Below, one piece after another: positions 17,120 through 24,501 of a stretch of 32,000 bases of DNA. A model generated the notes under the pieces. The model searched no databases and was not told the DNA's origin. It worked only from the letters and a program-made list of their open reading frames with translations. Position numbers and translations under genes: made by a program. Every line of letters starts with the position of its first letter. Position 1 is the first letter of the stretch. Source of the DNA: Aliivibrio fischeri ES114 (lineage in GTDB: Bacteria; Pseudomonadota; Gammaproteobacteria; Enterobacterales; Vibrionaceae); the NCBI RefSeq assembly GCF_000011805.1, contig NC_006840.2; one strand, 5' to 3'.

Positions 17120-17851
17120 TTACTTTTGATTTGAATAATGTCCGAACTTATATTCCATTTCGTTATTGCGCATTTCTCCAAACAAGAAACGGCGAACATT
17201 AGCTTTTAAATAGGTATACCCCATTCGCAAAAAGCCATCTTGTTCTAAACGACGTGGATCAAACTCAAATGTCATTGGAAGAAAACGAAAACGCCAAGTT
17301 CTGCTTGCTCTTTTTACGTAATCACAATCTTCGCATAACGTAATATTTTCATCGAAGCCAAGAAGATCTTTATGCGCTCTTCTAGTCGAAAAAATACACG
17401 CTCCAACTGCGGTAGGAAATGCAAATTGAGTTAGAAACAGACCAATATTAAACGTCATATAACCAAGTTTATGAGCAACAGGTAACCCTTTCGAGCCCAT
17501 ATATACGCCTGCCACTTCAAGTCCTTTTTCATTAAGTTGAGTTAATGCTTTAGTAAGAAAGTCTGGAGACAAACGCACGTCAGCATCTAAAAATAATAAA
17601 CGTTCATGTTTAGCAAGTGATGCTCCTGTATTACGACCTAGACTAACTCCTTGTTTATCCATTTTATGAACGGTTAAATCAGGAATACTTGCAGAGAAGG
17701 ATTGTGCAACCTCACACGTCGCATCTGAACTATTTGAATCAACAACAATTACTTCAAAATTTTTGAATGTTTGCTCTGTTAAATCTTCAAGTAAACGTCC
17801 AATACGATTTTCTTCATTTAAAGTAATAATAACAATGCTTAATGGGTTCAT
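17120..17851 (-). CDS. Family 2 glycosyltransferase
   Basis: Start at 17851 (MNPLSIVIITLNEE...) follows a GGAGG SD. The GT2 pattern includes IVVDSNSSD and the DxD-like LFLDADV. The ORF-track extension to 17917 lacks support. Confidence 0.85.
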   Translation of the reverse strand: MNPLSIVIITLNEENRIGRLLEDLTEQTFKNFEVIVVDSNSSDATCEVAQSFSASIPDLTVHKMDKQGVSLGRNTGASLAKHERLLFLDADVRLSPDFLTKALTQLNEKGLEVAGVYMGSKGLPVAHKLGYMTFNIGLFLTQFAFPTAVGACIFSTRRAHKDLLGFDENITLCEDCDYVKRASRTWRFRFLPMTFEFDPRRLEQDGFLRMGYTYLKANVRRFLFGEMRNNEMEYKFGHYSNQK

Positions 17852-17930
17852 AGTGTACCTCCAAGTAAAATGAATTAAGCTACTTGAGGCCATAATAACG
17901 AATACTATCTTAACCAATGGTGAGAGGTTT

Positions 17931-17947
17931 ATTCATCTTTGATTCAT
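17931..17947 (+). promoter_or_regulatory. Second copy of the ATTCAT-N5-ATTCAT direct repeat, in the GT2 / small-ORF divergent region
   Basis: ATTCAT occurs at 17931-17936 and 17942-17947, the same hexamer and same 11-bp period as at 13274-13290. It lies about 80 bp upstream of the GT2 start (opposite strand) and about 135 bp upstream of the 18082 ORF. Confidence 0.45.
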
Positions 17948-18081
17948 TCTTTGCAATCGAACTTGTTATTTGCATATAAACCATCGTCTGCTTTTTATTC
18001 AATCTAACATTTCATTTTTAGCTGTAGCACATCATTCTCACCTCATATATTGTTAAATTTGTGTTTAAGAAGGAGAAAGAA

Positions 18082-18264
18082 ATGAAAGTGATAATTCAAT
18101 ACACTCAAACAGGTATGTATAAAGACCATGCATGGGAAGCATCTACAATTAGAATTCAGGGACAGTATCATGCAGTTACGCCATCCTATGCCGCTCAACT
18201 TATCGAACAAAATAAAGCACAGTTACACACCGATAATAGCAATAATATTGTGTTAGTTGATTGA
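18082..18264 (+). CDS. Small hypothetical protein (60 aa)
   Basis: ATG at 18082 follows AAGGAG with a 6-nt spacer. Translation is MKVIIQYTQTGMYKDHAWEASTIRIQGQYHAVTPSYAAQLIEQNKAQLHTDNSNNIVLVD. I recognise no family. Confidence 0.45.
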   Translation: MKVIIQYTQTGMYKDHAWEASTIRIQGQYHAVTPSYAAQLIEQNKAQLHTDNSNNIVLVD

Positions 18265-18304
18265 TTTAAAGATTGAAAATTCGATTGGAATTTGATGATT
18301 TATC
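18259..18304 (+). repeat. Four tandem 11-12 bp GATTG-type repeats
   Basis: The units are GATTGATTTAAA, GATTGAAAATTC, GATTGGAATTT and GATGATTTATC. They start at the last codons of the small ORF. Confidence 0.5.
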
Positions 18305-18326
18305 AATAAGATAAAAAGAGAAAGGA

Positions 18327-18352
18327 AAGCCACACGTCTCAAAATGTGGCTT
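18327..18352. terminator. Hairpin, a possible bidirectional terminator
   Basis: Stem AAGCCACA (18327-18334) / TGTGGCTT (18345-18352). The minus-strand reading is followed by the T-rich TCCTTTCTCTTTTTATCTT; the plus-strand U-tract is weak. Confidence 0.45.
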
Positions 18353-18508
18353 AATTTGGAACTGTTCGGGGTCATAACCGGACGTGTTAACTATCTAATA
18401 TCACTGACTTAATTTCAACAGTTTTTGTGAACACAATGGTCAGAAAAAGTACAAATTTTGAAGTTGTTCCGTATTTTGTGAGTCGTGTAACACTAATTAG
18501 CTTGCTAC

Positions 18509-20551
18509 TCAACCTACCAAATTATGATATTGCTGTTCTTCTGTCTTTGTTGGCAAATAGATCGTAAAGACGGTTCCCTTTCCAAGTTGTGATCTCACTT
18601 TAATTTCACCACCAGTTTGACTTAATAAACTTTGAGAAACAGATAAACCAAGCCCTGTTCCATCACGCTTTGTTGTATAGAACGGGTCAAAAATTCGATT
18701 CAATTGTTCGCCAGCAATACCACATCCAAAATCTTCTACTTCTATAATCGCACCAAACTCAACCCCTTCATGACACCAAGTTCGACTACGAATGATAAGT
18801 TTACCTTTACTGTTCATCGCATGGATGCCATTCATTTGCAGATTGACTAATACTTGCAATAAATGATGGCGATTCACTTCCACTCTTGGTGGCTGCTCAA
18901 AATCAAACTCAACCTCAATATCTCGTTTGTGAGCCCCTGTACGAACTAAGGTAACGCTTTCTTCAATGATTGGATTAATGTATTGCCATGTCACCTCATC
19001 TTGAATCCCACCTTGTCGACTGTACTGCAATAAACTACGAGTGATATTACGGATTCGGTCTATTTGCTCCATAATGGTTTCTAGCTCTTCAGCTATTACG
19101 TGGGCCTCTTCACCTAATTCATATTTAATTAATTCTGCATTACCTAGAATAACAGCTGTAGGATTATTAATTTCATGAGCAATACCAGCAGTCAACTCAC
19201 CAAGTGATGCCAATTTTTCACTCATTACCAGCTTATCTTGAGCTTGTTTTAGCAATTTTATGTATTGCTCTAATTCCACTGTCTTTTCATGCAAACTTGC
19301 CGTTCTTGATTCAACTTTTGACTCTAACTCTTTAGATGCCCTTTGGATCTCTAAATTTCGTAACTGAAGTTGATCAAGCATATTGTCAAACTGCTGCGCT
19401 AAGCTGGCCAGTTCATGACTATTATCTAATCCTAAGTCCCCAATTCGAACATCTTTACCTAATTGGACAGACTTTACTACAAAGTGAATTTTTTCGATCG
19501 GTTGAAATAGATCTCGAGCTCCTCGATGCACAAAAAAGGTCGACAATAATAACGTAATAAGAATGGTGATCCCTGCTTCAAGCAAGTTTTGTAAATACTG
19601 TTTTAATAGCGGCCACTCTAAATAGCCGGTATAAAGCATTCCAATCACATCTCCATTCATATCTTTAATCGGTTGATATGCTGAAATGTACCAATCATTG
19701 TAAACATAAGCTCTATTTACCCATCGCTCTCCAGCACCAATAACTTGTGCTTTCACTTCTGGAGATACTTTGGTTCCAATAGCACGGCCTTGGTTTAGCT
19801 CTTTATTTGCAAAATCAGTATGCAGTGGAACGTTGGTACTAATACGAAGTCCATCTAAAAATAACGTTACTGTCCCTATATTATTGGATGGTAAATCGCC
19901 TGATGGATAGATCAAATCACGGATTCTATCGACAAGTAATGTGCTGTTATTTAATATAATTCCACTATCGACAATCCAAGTTAACGTCCCTTTATTATCA
20001 AAAATTGGTATTAACGTTCGGCTAATCAAACCACGCTTTTCTATACTTCCATCTTCTTTGTTAGTCACCCAAACCTGTTGTTTCAGTTTAGGATTAATAT
20101 CCGCTAACTCTTTTTCAGACATGACTTGAAAGAAGGTTCGTGACATACCAATCTTCATATCATTGACTAAAGAAGAAGGTAGCTCATTCATATAAGAGAT
20201 TGGATGTAACGCAATAAAATCAGAGTTGTATTTCCCCGCTTGTTGCGAAACCCACAACTCAAAATCAGGTGCTTTATTTTCAAACTTTTTTTGAAAATAA
20301 TACGATTCTACAAAGCCTCTCAATTCTGCGCTTTGCTCTCGCTGTAAAAAATCAATACTGTTATTGGCAACAGATAATTTACTACCAACATCATTCAGTG
20401 CATTTTGCCAAGTATAATGTGTAGACCAAAATGCAGTAATGATCACGAGAGCGAGTAAGGTTAAGAATAATGGAACCGAGTTCAACCAAAGTAAGCGATA
20501 ACGCACCATGGTTTTAATGCGTTTTTTCCAAACCGTCGGAGATAGCGTCAT
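18509..20551 (-). CDS. Sensor histidine kinase with a large (about 280 aa, double-Cache-sized) periplasmic domain, HAMP, coiled coil, HisKA and HATPase
   Basis: H-box is GELTAGIAHEINNP (NtrB/AtoS type), and G-boxes are DFGCGI and GTGLGLSVS. Two TM segments flank a long periplasmic region. I prefer the ATG at 20551 because it forms an ATGA overlap with the upstream regulator's stop codon. Confidence 0.9.
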   Translation of the reverse strand: MTLSPTVWKKRIKTMVRYRLLWLNSVPLFLTLLALVIITAFWSTHYTWQNALNDVGSKLSVANNSIDFLQREQSAELRGFVESYYFQKKFENKAPDFELWVSQQAGKYNSDFIALHPISYMNELPSSLVNDMKIGMSRTFFQVMSEKELADINPKLKQQVWVTNKEDGSIEKRGLISRTLIPIFDNKGTLTWIVDSGIILNNSTLLVDRIRDLIYPSGDLPSNNIGTVTLFLDGLRISTNVPLHTDFANKELNQGRAIGTKVSPEVKAQVIGAGERWVNRAYVYNDWYISAYQPIKDMNGDVIGMLYTGYLEWPLLKQYLQNLLEAGITILITLLLSTFFVHRGARDLFQPIEKIHFVVKSVQLGKDVRIGDLGLDNSHELASLAQQFDNMLDQLQLRNLEIQRASKELESKVESRTASLHEKTVELEQYIKLLKQAQDKLVMSEKLASLGELTAGIAHEINNPTAVILGNAELIKYELGEEAHVIAEELETIMEQIDRIRNITRSLLQYSRQGGIQDEVTWQYINPIIEESVTLVRTGAHKRDIEVEFDFEQPPRVEVNRHHLLQVLVNLQMNGIHAMNSKGKLIIRSRTWCHEGVEFGAIIEVEDFGCGIAGEQLNRIFDPFYTTKRDGTGLGLSVSQSLLSQTGGEIKVRSQLGKGTVFTIYLPTKTEEQQYHNLVG

Positions 20552-21975
20552 GCGTTTTCTTCGCTCCACTCTTTAAACTTACGCTCTAAAGTTTTACGAG
20601 CAACCCCCAACTGCCTTGCAGCTGCAGATTTATTACCATCATGAAGATCCACGACAGTGATGATGTGTGATTTTTCCACTTCTTTTAATGTCCATTTTTC
20701 TGGGTAAGTATCTAAGATAGGCATACAAGTACACTCGCCTTCTTTATTCCTTGATGCGTCATCATTTTTATTCTGTTCATTGTCTTGATGAATTGGCTCA
20801 TCACCTTGTAGTTCAGCCCAATGTTCAACAGGTGGTTTGCCTAATAAAATACAGCGTTCAATCATGTTTTTAAGCTCACGGATATTACCCGGCCAATCGT
20901 AATTTGCCATTGCGACGATATCTTCATGAGCCCAATGCACAGGTTTTACTCCCATTTCACTCGCAATCATTTGAGAAAAATGCTCAGTTAAACATGCAAG
21001 ATCCGCTTTTCGCTCTCGTAATGCTGGTAGAGAAACCGTCAAAACATTTAAACGATAAAATAAATCTTTTCTGAAATTTCCTTTTTCCACTTCTTCTAAT
21101 AAATTACGGTTAGTAGCAGCAACAATACGAACATCAACAGGAATTTCTTTTTCAGAGCCTACAGGTCTAATGGCTTTTTGCTCTAACGCTCGCAGCAACG
21201 ATGATTGCATTCCAATTGGCATTTCACCGATTTCATCTAAAAACAGTGTCCCACCATTCGCAACTCTGAATAAACCCTCACGCCCTTTCTTAGCACCAGT
21301 AAACGCACCAGAAGTATGCCCAAACAATTCACTTTCAAGTAAGTCAGGAGCAATAGCCCCGCAGTTTAATGGTACAAACGGCCCTTTGCGTTCACTTAAT
21401 TGGTGCAAACCACGAGCAACTAACTCTTTACCTGTTCCTGATTCACCTTCAATTAATACAGCTGCATTAGATGGAGCAAGTTGAGCAACCATTTTCTTTA
21501 GTTGTAACGTTTTCTCTGCATTACCGATGATCTCAATCGGATTCTTCTTCTCGACTTCTCTTTTTAAAGCAAAGTTTGTTCGCTCAACTAAACGACGATC
21601 CATGCATCGTTTTACTGCTTGTAGCATGTTTTCAAGATTAAACGGTTTTAAAATAAAATCAGATGCGCCAAGTCGAAGTGCTTGAATCGCCGTATCTAAC
21701 TCCGCATAACCTGTCATGAAAATCACATCATAATTACGCGCATCACATGCAATGCTTTCTTGCCACTCTAAACCTGTTTGACCTGGTAAGTTAATATCAA
21801 GAATGATTAAATCAAGATGGTGAGATTGTCGAATTTCTTCTGCTTCTTCAATCGTACCTGCGGTATGCACTTGTCCAAATTGTTTACTTAATGCTTTTTT
21901 TAGTATGGTTTGCATACCAATTTCATCATCAACAACAAGAACTGAAAACGCATTCCAATCTGATTTTACAACCAT
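20548..21975 (-). CDS. Sigma54-dependent (NtrC-family) response regulator
   Basis: The REC domain reads VLVVDDE...LIILDINLPG. The AAA+ domain has Walker A GESGTGKE and the sigma54-contact motif GAFTGA. The C-terminus has the Fis-type HTH AAARQLGVARKTLERKFKEW. An AGGA SD lies upstream. Confidence 0.92.
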   Translation of the reverse strand: MVVKSDWNAFSVLVVDDEIGMQTILKKALSKQFGQVHTAGTIEEAEEIRQSHHLDLIILDINLPGQTGLEWQESIACDARNYDVIFMTGYAELDTAIQALRLGASDFILKPFNLENMLQAVKRCMDRRLVERTNFALKREVEKKNPIEIIGNAEKTLQLKKMVAQLAPSNAAVLIEGESGTGKELVARGLHQLSERKGPFVPLNCGAIAPDLLESELFGHTSGAFTGAKKGREGLFRVANGGTLFLDEIGEMPIGMQSSLLRALEQKAIRPVGSEKEIPVDVRIVAATNRNLLEEVEKGNFRKDLFYRLNVLTVSLPALRERKADLACLTEHFSQMIASEMGVKPVHWAHEDIVAMANYDWPGNIRELKNMIERCILLGKPPVEHWAELQGDEPIHQDNEQNKNDDASRNKEGECTCMPILDTYPEKWTLKEVEKSHIITVVDLHDGNKSAAARQLGVARKTLERKFKEWSEENA

Positions 21976-22009
21976 ATTTATTCCTAATAAGATCTAAAGT
22001 GTTATGTGG

Positions 22010-22082
22010 GTCAAAATGTCCTAATTATTCTAACCTGTTATTCGCAAAATGTATCCTTTCTATTGCGACATTTTGTCCTAAT
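22010..22082 (+). promoter_or_regulatory. Candidate upstream activator sites: three related motifs sharing CAAAATGT..CCT / TGTCCTAAT
   Basis: The three copies are GTCAAAATGTCCTAAT (22010-22025), GCAAAATGTATCCT (22044-22057) and GACATTTTGTCCTAAT (22067-22082). The last contains the dyad GACA-N3-TGTC. They lie about 90-160 bp upstream of the -24 element. Confidence 0.4.
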
Positions 22083-22169
22083 CACATTTTTTGTAAGGTT
22101 TTTATGTAAGAATCCAATTCAACCACTTAAATATCATTACGTTAAGTGTGTGTTTAAAGGCATTATACT

Positions 22170-22185
22170 TGGCATAGTGATTGCT
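22170..22185 (+). promoter_or_regulatory. Sigma54 (-24/-12) promoter of the tupA operon
   Basis: TGGCATAGTGATTGCT has GG at 22171-22172 and GC at 22183-22184, exactly the GG-N10-GC spacing. It matches consensus TGGCAC-N5-TTGCW at all but one position and lies about 70 nt upstream of the tupA ATG. Confidence 0.7.
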
Positions 22186-22256
22186 TTAGTGGGTACGAGT
22201 CTATTCACTTCAGAGCATTATGCTTTGCAAGTTAAACTTCATTACATGGATATAAC

Positions 22257-23078
22257 ATGAACAATAAAATTAAGACATTTTCTGCAGTTGCTGCACTGGC
22301 TTTAGGTTCTTTCTCTGCGACTGACGTATACGCTAATGACGCAAACGTTGTACGTTTAGCAACGACAACAAGTACTTACCACTCAGGCTTATTAGATTAC
22401 CTTCTTCCAGAATTCCAAAAAGATTCAGGCTACGAAGTTCAAGTTCTTGCTGCTGGTACTGGTAAAGCATTGAAAATGGGCGAAAATGGCGATGTTGATT
22501 TAGTAATGACTCACGCACCAAAAGCTGAAGCAAACTTTGTTGAAAAAGGCTACGGTGTTGAGCCAAAATCACTGATGTACAATGACTTTGTGCTAGTAGG
22601 TCCTAAAGCTGACCCTGCTCATATTCACGGTATGAAAGACGTTACTGCAGCATTCAAAAAAATGGCTGAATCTGACGTAACTTTCGTATCACGTGGCGAT
22701 GATTCTGGTACAAACAAAAAAGAATTGAATCTTTGGGCTCAAACTAAAATTGAACCAAACTTCGGTGGTTATAAAGCCGTTGGTCAAGGTATGGGTCCAA
22801 CACTAAACATGACTTCTGAACTACAAGCTTATACCTTAACAGACCGTGGTACTTGGTTAGCTTACCAGAACAAACTTGATCTTGAGATCATGGTTGAAGG
22901 TGATAAACGTCTATTCAACCCTTACCAAGTAATTCTAATTAACCCTGAGCGTTACAAAAACCTAAACACAAAAGGTGCGCAAGCATTCAGTGATTGGTTA
23001 GTAAGCGATAAAGGTCAGGCAATGATTAATAGCTTCAAACTGAATGGTAAACAACTGTTCACTGCGGACGCTAAATAA
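22257..23078 (+). CDS. tupA: Tungstate/molybdate ABC transporter periplasmic binding protein, TupA type
   Basis: The ORF has a signal peptide. The TupA hallmark RLATTTSTYHSGLLDYLLPEF (TTTS motif) is followed by AAGTGKALKMGENGDVDLVMTH. Confidence 0.85.
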   Translation: MNNKIKTFSAVAALALGSFSATDVYANDANVVRLATTTSTYHSGLLDYLLPEFQKDSGYEVQVLAAGTGKALKMGENGDVDLVMTHAPKAEANFVEKGYGVEPKSLMYNDFVLVGPKADPAHIHGMKDVTAAFKKMAESDVTFVSRGDDSGTNKKELNLWAQTKIEPNFGGYKAVGQGMGPTLNMTSELQAYTLTDRGTWLAYQNKLDLEIMVEGDKRLFNPYQVILINPERYKNLNTKGAQAFSDWLVSDKGQAMINSFKLNGKQLFTADAK

Positions 23079-23081
23079 TAC

Positions 23082-23780
23082 ATGACTATTTTAGCCACCT
23101 CTCAAGAGGCAATTCAATTACTGTTTAGTGGTGATACTGCATTATGGAGCATCGTAGGTGTTTCATTTTCTGTATCCCTATTTGCAATGGCAGTTGTATT
23201 ATTACCTGCTCTTTTGTTGGCATTTGCGCTTGCTTATGGATCTTTTCCTGGGCGGTGGCTATTACTTTCTATTATGAATACATTGCAATCCGTGCCCACC
23301 GTTGTTATTGGGTTGCTACTGTATATGATGCTTTCTCGTGCTGGCCCATTAGGTGACTGGCAACTACTCTTTACCCAAGAAGCAATGGTTATTGGACAGA
23401 TATTTATCTGTTTTCCAATTATGGTCGCTATGATGCATGGTGCATTTCAGCACAGTGACCGTCGTGTTTGGGAAACCTCATTCACGCTTGGTGCTTCACT
23501 TCCACGCGCATTTGGCAGCTTAATTTGGGAGACTCGCTTCCCTATTTTAGCCGCTGTAATCGCTGGATTTTCTCGTATAATTACTGAAGTAGGTTGTTCA
23601 ATGATGGTTGGTGGTAACATCTTCAACTCTACTCGAAATATTCCAACTGCGATTGCAATGGAAAGCCAAAAAGGCGCATTTGCACAGGGTGTTGCTCTTG
23701 GTATGGTGTTATTAGTTTTAGCACTCGTTTTAAACTTTTTACTCTCTATCACTCGTGGTAAAGGGTATTTACGTACTTAG
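23082..23780 (+). CDS. tupB: Tungstate ABC transporter permease
   Basis: 232-aa polytopic ORF starting 3 nt after tupA, with an ABC permease (BPD_transp_1-like) pattern. Confidence 0.8.
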   Translation: MTILATSQEAIQLLFSGDTALWSIVGVSFSVSLFAMAVVLLPALLLAFALAYGSFPGRWLLLSIMNTLQSVPTVVIGLLLYMMLSRAGPLGDWQLLFTQEAMVIGQIFICFPIMVAMMHGAFQHSDRRVWETSFTLGASLPRAFGSLIWETRFPILAAVIAGFSRIITEVGCSMMVGGNIFNSTRNIPTAIAMESQKGAFAQGVALGMVLLVLALVLNFLLSITRGKGYLRT

Positions 23781-23793
23781 TAGGCATATAACG

Positions 23794-24501
23794 ATGACAA
23801 TTAGAATAACTGCCGATAATCTATCTATGCGATTTAACGATCGTGTGCTTTTTCATATCCCTCATTTATCTCTTGGGCCAAAAGAATCCGTTTATTTACG
23901 TGGCGCAAATGGCGTAGGTAAAACCACTCTACTCAAAATCTTATCGGGTCTGCAAACCGCGACAACAGGTAAGATCAACCTTGACCAACCTCACTGGTCT
24001 GTTCGTCTACTTGGCCGTTCAGGTAACAATCAAATCGTTTATTTGCATCAGAATCCATTTCTTTTTGATGGTACGGTTTATGACAATGTCATTTACGGTG
24101 TGAAATACACAGCGATGAGCAAGCAAAACAAACGTAATATGGTGATCAACGCCTTACGTATGGTTGGACTTGAAACCTTAGCTGACGAACATATTTCTGT
24201 TTTATCTGGTGGTGAAAAACAACGTGTCGCTATGGCTCGAGCTTGGGTATTAAAACCGTCTATTTTGCTAATGGACGAACCAAGTGCTAGTGTTGACCAA
24301 GAGTCCATCGATTTATTAGTAATTATGGCTAAAGATCTACTTGATCGTGGCTCTAGCATTGTCGTTACCAGCCACCAAACCAATGCCTTAACTGAAATTT
24401 GTCATCGTCAATGGACCATTTCAGATGCAAAGCTGATAGAATCAACCCCATTAAAAGTGATTGTTAGCAAGGATAAGTATGCTCCAGCCAAAGCAAACTA
24501 G
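23794..24501 (+). CDS. tupC: Tungstate ABC transporter ATP-binding protein
   Basis: Walker A is GANGVGKTT, the ABC signature is LSGGEKQRV, and Walker B is ILLMDEP. I prefer the ATG at 23794, which lies after the tupB stop, over the GTG at 23755. Confidence 0.85.
   Translation: MTIRITADNLSMRFNDRVLFHIPHLSLGPKESVYLRGANGVGKTTLLKILSGLQTATTGKINLDQPHWSVRLLGRSGNNQIVYLHQNPFLFDGTVYDNVIYGVKYTAMSKQNKRNMVINALRMVGLETLADEHISVLSGGEKQRVAMARAWVLKPSILLMDEPSASVDQESIDLLVIMAKDLLDRGSSIVVTSHQTNALTEICHRQWTISDAKLIESTPLKVIVSKDKYAPAKAN

Noticed and set aside
18477-18492. CRP-like site TGTGA-N6-TAACA as a promoter element.
   Set aside because: It abuts the 3' end of the kinase gene with no downstream gene in either direction. 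I keep it only as part of the low-confidence sRNA/spacer observation.
22186-22256. Possible Moco riboswitch in the tupA leader.
   Set aside because: The leader downstream of the -12 element is only about 60 nt. It lacks the length and the conserved paired elements of the roughly 130-nt Moco RNA motif. A sigma54 promoter explains the region better.
22006-22260. 84-aa plus-strand ORF upstream of tupA, and the 72-aa ORF at 21891-22109.
   Set aside because: They have no SD, are low-complexity and hydrophobic from AT-rich DNA, and overlap the sigma54 promoter and the repeated motifs. I treat them as non-coding control region.
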